A stretch of 64,000 nucleotides of DNA from Dehalococcoidia bacterium (GCA_034434875.1 DAOTYJ010000142.1:3926-67925); one strand, 5' to 3'; shown: positions 46,264-55,827, numbered from the stretch's first letter. Translations and numbers: made by a program. The notes: generated by a model not told the origin, from the letters alone.

Positions 46264-46870
46264 CGGCCGGTCCGGGCCGGAGCCGGCCGGCTTCGCCCCC
46301 GACCCTTTCGAGCAGTTCGGCCGCTGGTTCGACGAGGCCAGGGCGGCCGGCATCGACCTCTACGACGCGATGGCCCTGGCCACCGCCGGCCGGGACGGCC
46401 GGCCGTCGGTTCGAATGGTGATGCTACGGGGCTTTGACCGGCGGGGCTTTGTCTTTTTCACCAACTACGAGAGCCCCAAGGCCCGGGACCTGGCCGAAAA
46501 CCCCTACGCGGCCCTCCTCTTTTACTGGGCCCGGCTCGGCCGCCAGGTCCGCATCTCCGGCCGGGTTGCCCGGACCTCCCGGGAAGAGTCCGAGGCCTAC
46601 TTTCGGACCCGCCCCTTTGAGAGCCAGATTGCGGCCCTGATTTCGCCCCAGAGCCGGGTCATCCCCAGCCGCCGGGTTCTGGAGGCCGCCTTGGAGGCGA
46701 AACGGGCGGAGTTTGCGGGCCGGGAGGTCCCCCTGCCGGCCCACTGGGGCGGCTTCCGGGTCGAGCCCGACGGCTTTGAGTTCTGGGAAGCGGGACCCAA
46801 CCGGCTCCACAACCGGGTAAGATATACCCGGGAGGATGAAAGCTGGCGCATTGAGCTACTTGCGCCGTAG
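46250..46870 (+). CDS. pdxH: Pyridoxamine 5'-phosphate oxidase
   Basis: MALAT, PSVRMV, FFTNYESPK, RQVRI, YFRTRP, EFWE...NRLHNR. Confidence 0.95.
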   Translation: MTEPDGRSGPEPAGFAPDPFEQFGRWFDEARAAGIDLYDAMALATAGRDGRPSVRMVMLRGFDRRGFVFFTNYESPKARDLAENPYAALLFYWARLGRQVRISGRVARTSREESEAYFRTRPFESQIAALISPQSRVIPSRRVLEAALEAKRAEFAGREVPLPAHWGGFRVEPDGFEFWEAGPNRLHNRVRYTREDESWRIELLAP

Positions 46871-46876
46871 CCCGAG

Positions 46877-47857
46877 ATGGTTGCCGGAAGGCTGCCCAGA
46901 TTAGCCGCGGCCGGCCTCGGCCTGGGGTTGGGGGCGGCGGCCGGGGCGGTGGCCAACGCCCAGGTCCGCCTTGCCCGCTGGGAAACCCTCGACTACCGGG
47001 AACTGCGGGCCCCCGACGGCCGCCACTTAACCCTGCCCGACGGGGCCGAAGTCCACTACGTGGACCGGGGCGCCGGCTTCCCCGTGGTCCTCATCCACGG
47101 CTTCGGCTACTCTTACTTCACCTGGCGGCTCAACCAGCCGGCCCTGGCCGAACGGTTCCGGGCGGTCGCCCTCGACCTGCCCGGCTTCGGGGCCTCGGCC
47201 CGGACCCGGCTGGCCCGCTTCGCCGTCCGAACCCAGGCCGGGGCCGTCCGGGACTTCATCCGGGAGCTGGGCATCGACCGGGCCCACATCATCGGCCACT
47301 CCCTGGGGGGCACCATCGCCCTGCGCCTGGCCCTGGACCACCCGGAGGTCGTGGGCCGGCTGGTGGTCGTCGACAGCCCCCTCGAACCCCCGAGGCTCCC
47401 CTTCGGCCTCATCCGGCGGGCCGCGGGTTTGGGTCCGGTTGGGCCGGCCGTTTTTAAGGCCCTTTTTTACTACGGGCTCATCGCCGGCCGCCGCTTCCGG
47501 TCGGGGGTGGCGGGGACCTACGCCCCGGACCCGGTCCCCGAGGGGGTAATGGAGCACTTTGAGCGGCTCTACCGGGTCCGGGGCTCGGCCGACACCCTCG
47601 TGGCCATCATAAAGTCGCCCCCCACCGACCCCTACCTGACGGCCGACCTTCCGGACCTGCGGGTCCCCCTGCTGGCCGTCTGGGGCGGGGCCGACCGGGT
47701 GGTGCCGCCGCGGGTTGCCGACCGCCTCCGGCAGCTTGTTCCGGCCGCCCGGGTTGAGGTCCTGCCCGGGGCCGGCCACCATCCCCACGAGACCCGCCCG
47801 GCCGAGTTTAACCGGCTGGTGCGGGAGTTTTTGGGGCCGACCGATGACCGGCTTTAA
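46877..47857 (+). CDS. Alpha/beta hydrolase with N-terminal membrane anchor
   Basis: LIHG, DLPGFG, GHSLGG (Ser), GGAD (Asp), GHHPH (His). Confidence 0.92.
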   Translation: MVAGRLPRLAAAGLGLGLGAAAGAVANAQVRLARWETLDYRELRAPDGRHLTLPDGAEVHYVDRGAGFPVVLIHGFGYSYFTWRLNQPALAERFRAVALDLPGFGASARTRLARFAVRTQAGAVRDFIRELGIDRAHIIGHSLGGTIALRLALDHPEVVGRLVVVDSPLEPPRLPFGLIRRAAGLGPVGPAVFKALFYYGLIAGRRFRSGVAGTYAPDPVPEGVMEHFERLYRVRGSADTLVAIIKSPPTDPYLTADLPDLRVPLLAVWGGADRVVPPRVADRLRQLVPAARVEVLPGAGHHPHETRPAEFNRLVREFLGPTDDRL

Positions 47858-48068
47858 CCTCTTCGACCTGGTCTGGAACCTAAGCAACGAGCTCATCTCG
47901 GCCCGGGTCCGGATGCGGGCCCTGCTGGAGCTCCTCGAAGAGAAGGGGGTCCTGCTCCCCGGCGAGTTCGAGGCCCGGGCCCAGGCCGTCTGGGAGCGGG
48001 ACCACGCCGAGCTGGCCCGGGAGCTTGCCCCGGAACTCTTCGACTTCGAACCGGCCGACCGGGCCTGA
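47844..48068 (+). CDS. Small hypothetical protein
   Basis: 74 aa (MTGFNLFDLVWNLSNELIS...), start overlaps the previous stop, helical composition. Confidence 0.65.
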   Translation: MTGFNLFDLVWNLSNELISARVRMRALLELLEEKGVLLPGEFEARAQAVWERDHAELARELAPELFDFEPADRA

Positions 48069-48081
48069 GGCCGGCCCGACG

Positions 48082-48513
48082 GTGGCGGCCGGGGAGGGGG
48101 CCTGCGGGGGCGAGCTGGGGCTCCTGCTGAGCCGGCGGCTGGGCCGCCGATTTAAGGGCGGAATTGTCGCCTACTCCAACGCCGCCAAGGCCGAACTTCT
48201 CGGGGTGTCCCCGGAGCTCATCGCCACCGCCGGGGCCGTAAGCCCGGAGGTTGCCCGGGCCATGGCCCGGGGTGCCCGCCGCCTCTTCGGGGCCGACTGG
48301 GGCGTGGCCGAAACGGGCATCGCCGGCCCCCAGACCGGCCGGCGCTCCCCCAAGCCGGCGGGCCTGGCCTACCTGGCCGTCTCCGGCCCCGTCGAGCGGG
48401 TCGTGGAGGTGCGGACGGGAAGGGGCCGGCGGGCCGCCAACCGGCGGGCCTTCGCCCGGGCCGCCCTCGGCCTACTGCTGGCCGTCTGGGAAGAGGCCCA
48501 GCAGTCCGGCTAA
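48082..48513 (+). CDS. CinA C-terminal/PncC-fold protein, degenerate
   Basis: GGIVAYSNAAK, GAVSPEVARAMA, ETGIAGP; AESCTGG replaced by GEGACGG; start uncertain. Confidence 0.7.
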   Translation: MAAGEGACGGELGLLLSRRLGRRFKGGIVAYSNAAKAELLGVSPELIATAGAVSPEVARAMARGARRLFGADWGVAETGIAGPQTGRRSPKPAGLAYLAVSGPVERVVEVRTGRGRRAANRRAFARAALGLLLAVWEEAQQSG

Positions 48514-49443
48514 ATCCCCGGCCCGCAGAAGCTCCCGGCCCCGGCGCCCCCGTTCGTCTTCGGCCAGCAGGCCCGCCCAGACCCGGAAAACGGTCCCGGC
48601 CGGGGGGTAAGGCGGCCCCCCGGCGGCGATAAGCCCCAAAAGTCCCACCCGCAGGCCGTAGGCGTCCAGGGCCTCCCCCTCGGCCGTCAACCGGGGCGGC
48701 CGGAAGGCCCCGGTGGCCTCGATGAACCGGCGGGCCTCGGCCGGAAGGGCCTCGGCCGGGAGGGCGCCGGCGGCGAGGGCCTGCCGGACGGCGGTGGCCG
48801 AAAGGTAGGGGTCGTGCCGCTCCGGGGGGAGGGGCAGGTAGCGGACGTAGGGGGCAAAGGGCCGGTTCTCGGGCCGGGAAAGAAATTCGGCCAGGTCGGC
48901 CTCCGTCCGGCCCGACCGGGGGGCCACGTAAAACCGGCTCAGGGCAAAGAGCCGGCGTAGGGCCGCCTCCCGGTCGGCGTAGTAGCGGGGGTCGAAAATC
49001 TGCACGATTTTGTCGAACCCCACCAGGAACCAGAGCTCCCTTTCGGGGGGCACCGGTCCCGCCCGGAGGGCCTCGGCCTCTTCGACGTAAAGGCCCCGGT
49101 TGGTAAGGACAACCCCCAGCCCTGACCGGGGCCGGCAGTAATCCGTGAGAATCCAGAGGCGGTCGGGCAGGCTCAAGCCCTCGGGTTGCTCTTTGTCGAC
49201 GGTGCGGACCGCCAGCAGAAAGAACACCCCGTCCACCAGCCCCAGGCCCAGGGGGGCCTCGGCCAGGAGGGTGTGGGCGGAGGAGAGGGGGTTGAACGAG
49301 CCGGGCAGCACCCCCACCCGCCCCCCCTCCCCATCCGGGTGGACCACCACGGCCGCGGGGGCGGCCGCCGGGTCAAGGCTCTGGACCAGCCGCCGGAAAT
49401 CGGCGTAGGGGGCCGGGTCCCAGTAACGGAGGGCTTCGGCCAC
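48472..49443 (-). CDS. NadD/Pof1-like nucleotidyltransferase (putative NMN/NaMN adenylyltransferase)
   Basis: LPGSFNPLSSAH, VGFDKIVQIFDPRYY, LSATAVR. Confidence 0.75.
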   Translation of the reverse strand: MAEALRYWDPAPYADFRRLVQSLDPAAAPAAVVVHPDGEGGRVGVLPGSFNPLSSAHTLLAEAPLGLGLVDGVFFLLAVRTVDKEQPEGLSLPDRLWILTDYCRPRSGLGVVLTNRGLYVEEAEALRAGPVPPERELWFLVGFDKIVQIFDPRYYADREAALRRLFALSRFYVAPRSGRTEADLAEFLSRPENRPFAPYVRYLPLPPERHDPYLSATAVRQALAAGALPAEALPAEARRFIEATGAFRPPRLTAEGEALDAYGLRVGLLGLIAAGGPPYPPAGTVFRVWAGLLAEDERGRRGRELLRAGDLAGLLGLFPDGQQ

Positions 49444-49449
49444 GGCCCT

Positions 49450-49980
49450 TCAGCCGAGGGCCGGCCCCTCGGCCAGGATCAGCTCCTTTAAGTCCCGGAT
49501 AAGCCGCCAGCCGGCAAGGTCCGGGTCGGCCGAAAGCTCCCCAAGCTCGGCCACAAGCAGTTCCCGGGCGCCGGGCAGGTGGTCGACCCGGAAGAGGTTT
49601 CGCAGGCGCAGAAGCTGGGCCCGTTGGGCCGGGCCGAAGGCCGGCCGGGTGGCCCAGACTTCGGCCGCCGCCCGGGCCACCTCGACCGCCGGGTCGAGGG
49701 CCCGCTCGATCCGGCTGGCCTGGCGGACGGTGATGAGGCCGCTGGCAATGGAGCCGAGGTAGAGGGCGGCCAGGCCCCCGGCCACGGCCGCCACCCCGAT
49801 AAACGGCGTCCCGTAGATGCCCAGCAGCACCACCAGCGTAAGGGCCGTAAGCCAGCGCCGCTCCCGCTCGAAAAGGTCGAAGACCTGCCTTTCCACCCGC
49901 CGGCGGACCAGCTGGGCCCGCCGCCGGTAGACTTCTTCCACCCAGGCCCAGAGCTCGGCCTCAAAAGTCTCCCCGGCCAT
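49450..49980 (-). CDS. Hypothetical membrane protein
   Basis: 176 aa, two TM segments; TATAAT at 49998-49993 upstream. Confidence 0.7.
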   Translation of the reverse strand: MAGETFEAELWAWVEEVYRRRAQLVRRRVERQVFDLFERERRWLTALTLVVLLGIYGTPFIGVAAVAGGLAALYLGSIASGLITVRQASRIERALDPAVEVARAAAEVWATRPAFGPAQRAQLLRLRNLFRVDHLPGARELLVAELGELSADPDLAGWRLIRDLKELILAEGPALG

Positions 49981-49998
49981 CGCCCCCGCCTGATTATA

Positions 49999-50265
49999 TT
50001 AGGCCCGGGCCCCCAGCAGGGGCAAAAGGAGCAGCCTTAAAACTATGACTAAAAGGAGGGTCAGCACCGGTATGTACCGGTCCCCGATGAACCGGGGCGT
50101 TAGCCGCCGGACCGCCCAGAAAAGGGGGTCGGTAAGCCGCCGGAGAAACTCGCTGAAGATGCTCCGGTGGCCGCCGGTAATAAGCTCCAGAACCAGCCGG
50201 CCGATGATGGCCCACATGAAGAGGGCCAGCAGCCAGTTCAGCCCCTCGGCCAGGACCGCCACCAT
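49999..50265 (-). CDS. YggT-like small membrane protein
   Basis: LNWLLALFMWAIIGR...FLRRLTDPLFWAVRRLTP. Confidence 0.75.
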   Translation of the reverse strand: MVAVLAEGLNWLLALFMWAIIGRLVLELITGGHRSIFSEFLRRLTDPLFWAVRRLTPRFIGDRYIPVLTLLLVIVLRLLLLPLLGARA

Positions 50266-50337
50266 CGCCTGCCGCCTAAAAAGGCGGTGCGGGCACGGTG
50301 GGCCGCACCCGCACCGTCGGATGCCGTCCGGCCGGCC

Positions 50338-52272
50338 TCAGTCGTCGGCGCCGGGCTGGGGGGCCGGACCGGGGGCCGGGGCCGCCCCCGGCACCGTAAC
50401 CATCTCGCCCACCGGGATGCGGACCTCGTCCACCATCTGCTGAACCTCCCGGGGCGGCGGGGCGGTGGCCAGGCTCACCCCAACCTGCAGGCCGAAGTTC
50501 ACCGCCATCCCGAAGATGCCCGAGGAGAGGTGGGAAAGGCCAAACAGGTTAAAGGTCGGGAACAGGTAGTTGCCCCACATGTAGATGAGGCACGCCAACA
50601 GACCCCCAATCATCCCGGAAATGGCCCCCCAGGCGTTGGCCCGCTTCCAGAAGATCCCGAGCAGGAGCACCGGGAAGAAGGTCGAGGCCGCCAGGGAGAA
50701 GGCCCAGGCCACCAGCTGGACGATGAGGGCCAGCCTTGGGAAGGCCAGGAAGGCCGCCACCACCGCTGCCACCAGGATCATCACCCGGCCCATCAGGAAG
50801 CGGGTGGCGTAGGTGGCATTCGGGTTGATGGTCTTGGCGTAGATGTCGTGGGCCACGGCCGTGGCGATCACCAGCAGGAGGCCGTCGGCGGTGGAGAGGG
50901 CCGCTGCCAGGCCGCCGGCCGCCACCAGGGCCGCGATGGTGTAGGGCAGGCCGGCCACCTCAGGGGTGGCCAGGACCACGATGTCGGGGTTGATGGTGAG
51001 CTCGGCCCACTGCAGGATGCCGTCGCCGTTGGCGTCCCGGATGGAAAGCAGACCCGTCCGGGCCCAGGCATCCACCCAGCCGGGGAGCTGGTTGATGGGC
51101 TTGCCGATGACGTCGGTCAGGAACTCCCAGCGGGAGAAGGCGGCGTAGGCCGGGGCCGTGAAGTAGAGCAGGTAGATGAAAAAGAGGGACCAGCCGACGC
51201 TGATGCGGGCCTCCTTCGGGTCGGGCACCGTGTAGTAGCGGATCAGGATGTGGGGCAGGCCGGCCGTGCCGGCCATCAGGCAGAAGGTGAGGGCCAGAAA
51301 CTCCCACGGGAAGCCCCGCCAGTCGGTCACGGTGATGGGCGGGGGCGAAGGCAGGTTAAGGCCGGTGGCGTCGTTTATCTGCTTGATGCTGGCCAGGGCC
51401 GAGGCGTTGCTCAGGGCCCACTTGAAAGGCTCAATATAAGACGGCAGGTTGAGCTGCTGCTCGATCCGGGTGATCTCCTGGAGGGCCCGCCCGTACATGA
51501 GCTCGGAGATGGGCACCCCGGTCCGGACCGCCGAAAGGAAAGTCACCGGGATCAGGTAGGCGGTGATAAGGATAATGTACTGGGCCACCTGGGTCCAGGT
51601 GATGGATTTCATCCCGCCCAGGAAGGAGCAGACCAGCACCCCGGCCAGGCCGACGAAGACCCCGACCTCAAAGGGCAGGCCGACGATTCGGCTCATGATG
51701 ATGCCGACGCCCGTGACCTGGGCCGTGACGTAGGTCAGGGAAACGATGATGGCGCAGATGGCAGCCACCACCCGGACCGTCCGCCCCTTCTCCGGGAACC
51801 GGGCGGCCACGAAGTCGGGAATGGTGAACTGGCCGAACTTGCGCAGGTAAGGCGCAAAGAAGAGGGCCAGCAACACGTACCCGCCCGTCCAGCCCATGAT
51901 GTAGGCCAAGCCGTCGTAACCGAGGACGAAGAGGCTGCCGGCCATCGAGATAAAGGAGGCCGCGCTCATCCAGTCGGCCCCGGTGGCCATGCCGTTAAAG
52001 AAGGCGGGCACCCGCCGGCCGGCCACGTAGTACTCGTCGAGCCGCCGGGTGAAGTTCAGGATGCCGATGGCGGCATAAAGCAGAAGTGTAAGGAGCAGAT
52101 AGGCGTAGCCGATGGCCGTCCGCGAAAGGCCGAGGTTCACCTCGAGGACGGCCAGGATGGTGGTAGAGAGCAGGAGCCCGATGACGAAGGCGCCGTAAAT
52201 CCGAACGAGCCGCTGCTGTAATAACTTAACCTCCCGCTTGGATACCCGGGTGTAATAGGTCTCCTGCGACAT
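50338..52272 (-). CDS. Sodium:solute symporter, ActP/VC_2705-like
   Basis: YYVAGR, NGMATGADWMSAASFI, GWTGG, WTQVAQY, GTAGLPHILIRYYT, DANGDG loop. Confidence 0.94.
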   Translation of the reverse strand: MSQETYYTRVSKREVKLLQQRLVRIYGAFVIGLLLSTTILAVLEVNLGLSRTAIGYAYLLLTLLLYAAIGILNFTRRLDEYYVAGRRVPAFFNGMATGADWMSAASFISMAGSLFVLGYDGLAYIMGWTGGYVLLALFFAPYLRKFGQFTIPDFVAARFPEKGRTVRVVAAICAIIVSLTYVTAQVTGVGIIMSRIVGLPFEVGVFVGLAGVLVCSFLGGMKSITWTQVAQYIILITAYLIPVTFLSAVRTGVPISELMYGRALQEITRIEQQLNLPSYIEPFKWALSNASALASIKQINDATGLNLPSPPPITVTDWRGFPWEFLALTFCLMAGTAGLPHILIRYYTVPDPKEARISVGWSLFFIYLLYFTAPAYAAFSRWEFLTDVIGKPINQLPGWVDAWARTGLLSIRDANGDGILQWAELTINPDIVVLATPEVAGLPYTIAALVAAGGLAAALSTADGLLLVIATAVAHDIYAKTINPNATYATRFLMGRVMILVAAVVAAFLAFPRLALIVQLVAWAFSLAASTFFPVLLLGIFWKRANAWGAISGMIGGLLACLIYMWGNYLFPTFNLFGLSHLSSGIFGMAVNFGLQVGVSLATAPPPREVQQMVDEVRIPVGEMVTVPGAAPAPGPAPQPGADD

Positions 52273-52284
52273 CGGCCAACCCCC

Positions 52285-52578
52285 TTACTCCTCTTCTTCC
52301 TCGAAACCGTATTTGCGGTCGATGATGTTGTTCATGATGAGGGCGTAAACGAAGATCAGGATGACGAAGATGGTGATCGAGCCCTGGCTTGCAAGCCAGT
52401 AGCCCAGGGGAAAGCCGGTCAGGATGGTGATGCTGTTAAGGGCCTTGGCGAAGGGCGGGTGGGCGAAGCCGGCCAGCAGCCAGACGATGAAGAGGACCAG
52501 TATCAGCCGGCTGTTCGCCCGCCAGTAGACCCGGATGCGCTCGTCCTGACCGGTGCGTTCCGGCGGCGACTGTTGCAT
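52285..52578 (-). CDS. DUF4212 small symporter partner
   Basis: YWRAN, GFPLGYWLASQGSI, DRKYG; GGAGGAGG RBS. Confidence 0.9.
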   Translation of the reverse strand: MQQSPPERTGQDERIRVYWRANSRLILVLFIVWLLAGFAHPPFAKALNSITILTGFPLGYWLASQGSITIFVILIFVYALIMNNIIDRKYGFEEEEE

Positions 52579-52674
52579 AAGCCTCCTCCTTCGGTCAGGG
52601 TTTAGGTCCTACGTTAGCCTCCGCTCGCCGTTGGGTTCCTTTGGGCGTTTTCCCGGGCATCACCCCCCTTCGGC

Positions 52675-53334
52675 CTATCGGGCCCCGACGGCCAGGAGCA
52701 GGTCCCCCAGGGTTCTGACCCCGAAGCCCTCAAGCCGGGTCAACTGCCGCTGCCAGACCTGGGCGGTGGCCAGGGCGTCGGCGGGGGCGCTGTGGGGCCT
52801 GAACAGCTCCACCCCGTACCGCCTTGCCAGGGCCTCCAGGTCCCAGACGGCAACGGGGTCCGCCCCCGGCGGGCCGCCGGCGGCCTGGGCCTCCAGCCAG
52901 CCCTCTACCCGGCCGATATCCACCCAGCGAAACCGCCCCACCGGAAATCCGGCCCGCTTGAGGAAGGCCCGGTCGAAGCCGACCTTGTGGCCGACGATGA
53001 CGGCCTCCCGGCAGAACGCCGCCAGCTCCGGGAGCACGGCCTCGATGGGCGGGGCGGCAGCCACGTCCGCCGGCCGGATCCGGTGGATGGGCACCGTCGG
53101 GCCCCAGCCGTTCCGCCCGGGCCGCACCAGCCGGTGGAAGGTCTGCCCGATGAGAACCCGGCCCCCCACCATCCTGACGGCCCCGACCTCCAGGATTTCG
53201 TCGATCCCTTCCCGGAGGCCGGTGGTTTCGGTGTCCAGGACGACAAAGGGGACCTCGGCCAGGGGCCGGCCCAGGTCGGCTGGGGCCCCGAACGCCGCAC
53301 CCCGGCAGAGACGGGCCGCCAGCTTTGCCACCAT
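52675..53334 (-). CDS. Stand-alone DEDDh 3'-5' exonuclease-fold protein (DnaQ-like)
   Basis: VLDTETTG, GHKVGFD, HSAPADA; ATG at 53334. Confidence 0.9.
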   Translation of the reverse strand: MVAKLAARLCRGAAFGAPADLGRPLAEVPFVVLDTETTGLREGIDEILEVGAVRMVGGRVLIGQTFHRLVRPGRNGWGPTVPIHRIRPADVAAAPPIEAVLPELAAFCREAVIVGHKVGFDRAFLKRAGFPVGRFRWVDIGRVEGWLEAQAAGGPPGADPVAVWDLEALARRYGVELFRPHSAPADALATAQVWQRQLTRLEGFGVRTLGDLLLAVGAR

Positions 53335-53379
53335 GGTTCCCTTGGACGAATCTGCCTTCACACCTGCCTTCGCCGTTTT

Positions 53380-53466
53380 ATGATAGTTCCGGTTAACAGC
53401 TCCGGCCGCCGATTTGCAGAAATGGCCGGTAATCGGTTGAAAAAGGGGGCGGATCGACACTATACT
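53380..53466. promoter_or_regulatory. Divergent promoters with a shared LytTR-like motif
   Basis: Plus strand TTGAAA-18-TATACT (53437-53466); minus strand -10 TATCAT (53385-53380) with no -35; motif also present at 59666. Confidence 0.6.
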
Positions 53467-53497
53467 GGGAGTGAAATTCCGGGGCGGCACAGCGGGA

Positions 53498-55387
53498 ATG
53501 TCGGCTCAGGCGGTCGCCACCGCCTTCTTAAGCCAGGTCCCACCCTTTCGGTACCTGGATGGGGAGGCCCTGGCCCGGGTCGTGGCCCGGGCCGAAATCC
53601 ACTTCTTCCCAAAGGGCACCCGCATCCTCCAGCGGGACGGCCCCCCGGCCCGGTATCTTTACGTGGTCGAGAAGGGCGGGGTTAAAAAGGCCGTCGGCGA
53701 CGTCACCCTGGAGGTGGCCGGGGAGGGGGAGGTCTTCGGGGTTCTTTCGGCCCTTGAAGGCGACCGCAGCCGGCTGGACGTCATCGCCGTCGAGGATACC
53801 GTCTGCTACGCCATCCCCCGGGACGTGGTCGAGAGCCTGCTGGAAACCCAGCCGAAATTCGCCCGCTTTCTCTACGAGTTCTCCATCCGCCGCTACCTGG
53901 ATTGGAGCCTGGAGGAGCTGGAGCGGTTGCCGGTCCTTACCGGGTCCGGCCGGCTCGTCTTCACCGCCCGGGCCGGGGAGGTGGCCCGCCGGCCTCTGGT
54001 CACCTGCCGGCCGGAGACCACCATCCAGGAGGCCGCCCAGCTCATGACCCGCCACCGGGTAAGCTCGGTGGTGGTCCTCGACCCTGACGGCCGGGCCGCC
54101 GGCATCCTGACCGACTGGGACCTGCGGGAGCGGGTGGTGGCCGCCGGCCGGGATATCCGCCAGCCGGTGGCCAAGGTGATGACCTCCCCGGTCGTCAGCG
54201 TCGATTCGGATACCCCCGTCTACGAGGTGGTGGCCGAGATGGTCCGCCGGGGCATCCACCACCTGGTCGTCACCGAGGCCGGCCTTCCGGCCGGAATGAT
54301 TGCGGGCCACGACCTGATCCTGCTCCAGGGGACCTCGGCCCTCTTTGTGGCCCGGGATATCGAGCGGCGCCACGACCTGCCGGGCCTCAGGCAGGTCGTC
54401 GCCGACTCCCAGCGGGTGGTCCCCTTCCTCCTGCGCCAGGGGATCCGGGCCAGCCAGCTGGGCCGGCTCATGACGGACATCAACGACCGGGTTATCGGCC
54501 GGGTCCTGGAGTTTACCGAGGCCGCCCTGGGCCCGCCCCCGGTCCCCTACTGCTGGCTGGTCCTGGGCAGTGAGGGCCGCCGGGAGCAGACCTTCCGCAC
54601 CGACCAGGACAATGCCCTTATCTACGCCGACCCCCCGGCCCCGGAGGCCGGGGCCGCCCGGGAATACTTTCTGGAGTTCGGCCGGCGGGCCGTCGCCGCC
54701 CTGGTGGAGGCAGGTTTTCCGCCGTGCCCCGGCCGCTACACCGCCGACAACCCCGATTGGGTTCAGCCCCTCTCGGGCTGGAAGGCCCACTTCCGCCGGT
54801 GGGTCGCAACCCCCGAGCCGGAAGCCGTCCTCAACTCCCTGATCTTCTTCGACTTCCGGGGAATCTACGGCGACCTCGGCCTGGCCGACCGGTTGCGGGC
54901 GTATATCAACGAACTGCTGCCGGCCAGCCGCCTCTTTTTGCTTCACCTGGCCTGGCTCTCCACCAAAACCCCGCCGCCCCTGGGCTTTCTCGGGCGGTTC
55001 ATCGTCGAGGCGGGCGGGGAGCACCGCAAGCAGCTCGACCTTAAGGCCCGGGGCACCCGGCCCATCCTCGACCTGGCCCGCTTCCTGGCCCTGCGCCACG
55101 GCGTGGCCGATACCAGCACCGTCGGCCGGCTGGAGGCCCTCCAGGCCGCCGGCAAAATCCCACCCGACCTGGCCGACGAGCTTACCCAGGCCTTTGAGTT
55201 CATCCTGGGCCTGCGGATCCGGAACCAGTGGGCGAAAATTCAGGCCGGAAAGGCCCCCGACAACTTCGTCGACCCCGGCCAGCTCTCGGCCCTGGAGCGG
55301 AGCCTGCTTAAGGAGGCCTTTAAGGCCGTGGGCCGGGCCCAGGCCGTGGTCCGTCAGGAATACCATGCCGACCTGGTGGCCGATTAG
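53498..55387 (+). CDS. cNMP-binding, CBS-pair and DUF294 nucleotidyltransferase protein
   Basis: N-terminal cNMP fold, two CBS domains, LGSEGRREQ..TDQDNA, DFRGIYG, LDLKARG. Confidence 0.92.
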   Translation: MSAQAVATAFLSQVPPFRYLDGEALARVVARAEIHFFPKGTRILQRDGPPARYLYVVEKGGVKKAVGDVTLEVAGEGEVFGVLSALEGDRSRLDVIAVEDTVCYAIPRDVVESLLETQPKFARFLYEFSIRRYLDWSLEELERLPVLTGSGRLVFTARAGEVARRPLVTCRPETTIQEAAQLMTRHRVSSVVVLDPDGRAAGILTDWDLRERVVAAGRDIRQPVAKVMTSPVVSVDSDTPVYEVVAEMVRRGIHHLVVTEAGLPAGMIAGHDLILLQGTSALFVARDIERRHDLPGLRQVVADSQRVVPFLLRQGIRASQLGRLMTDINDRVIGRVLEFTEAALGPPPVPYCWLVLGSEGRREQTFRTDQDNALIYADPPAPEAGAAREYFLEFGRRAVAALVEAGFPPCPGRYTADNPDWVQPLSGWKAHFRRWVATPEPEAVLNSLIFFDFRGIYGDLGLADRLRAYINELLPASRLFLLHLAWLSTKTPPPLGFLGRFIVEAGGEHRKQLDLKARGTRPILDLARFLALRHGVADTSTVGRLEALQAAGKIPPDLADELTQAFEFILGLRIRNQWAKIQAGKAPDNFVDPGQLSALERSLLKEAFKAVGRAQAVVRQEYHADLVAD

Positions 55388-55398
55388 GGGGTTCTGCC

Positions 55399-55827
55399 GT
55401 GGCCGAAGGGGTTGAAGAAAGGCCCGCCGACCGGGAAGCCGCCGAGCCGGCCCTGGAGCTGGCCGACACGGCCGAGGAGATCGAGGTCTACCTGGCCGAG
55501 CTGGGCCGCTTCTGGGCCGAGGAGGAGCAAGCCCTCATTCAGGAGGTTGCCGAGCAGACCACCTACGGGGCCATCCTCCTGGAGGACCTGATCCGCCGCC
55601 AGCTCCGGCTCGGCCTGGGGGTGGCCGCCCTCTTCCTCGGGGTCCTTTTCAGCCTGCCCATCGCCTAGCTGGCCATGCCCGAGCTTATGGGCCTGCGCCT
55701 CTTCGGCCTGCCCCTCGGCTGGCTCATTCCGGCCGCCCTGATCTACCCCTTCGTCTGGGTCCTGGCCAGGTTCTACGCCGGCCGGGCCCGCCGCTACGAG
55801 GAAGAATTCCGGGAGCTTCTGCGCTAG
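55399..55827 (+). pseudogene. DUF485-like small symporter partner interrupted by an in-frame TAG at 55666-55668
   Basis: LIRRQLRLGL...LPIA*LAMPEL...GLPLGWL...YPFVW...RRYEEEF; frame continues 52 codons to TAG 55825, 1 nt before the symporter. Confidence 0.75.

Noticed and set aside
50167-52221. 684-aa plus-strand ORF
   Set aside because: Antisense shadow of symporter 1; stop-poor frames are expected at this GC content and it has no recognisable motifs.
52675-53334. Calling the DEDDh protein dnaQ (Pol III epsilon)
   Set aside because: No C-terminal alpha-subunit-binding tail is evident, and its context is the DUF294/symporter cluster.
53528-55366. 612-aa minus-strand ORF, and similar long antisense or alternate-frame ORFs throughout
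   Set aside because: Shadows of well-supported genes, with G/P/R/A-rich composition.
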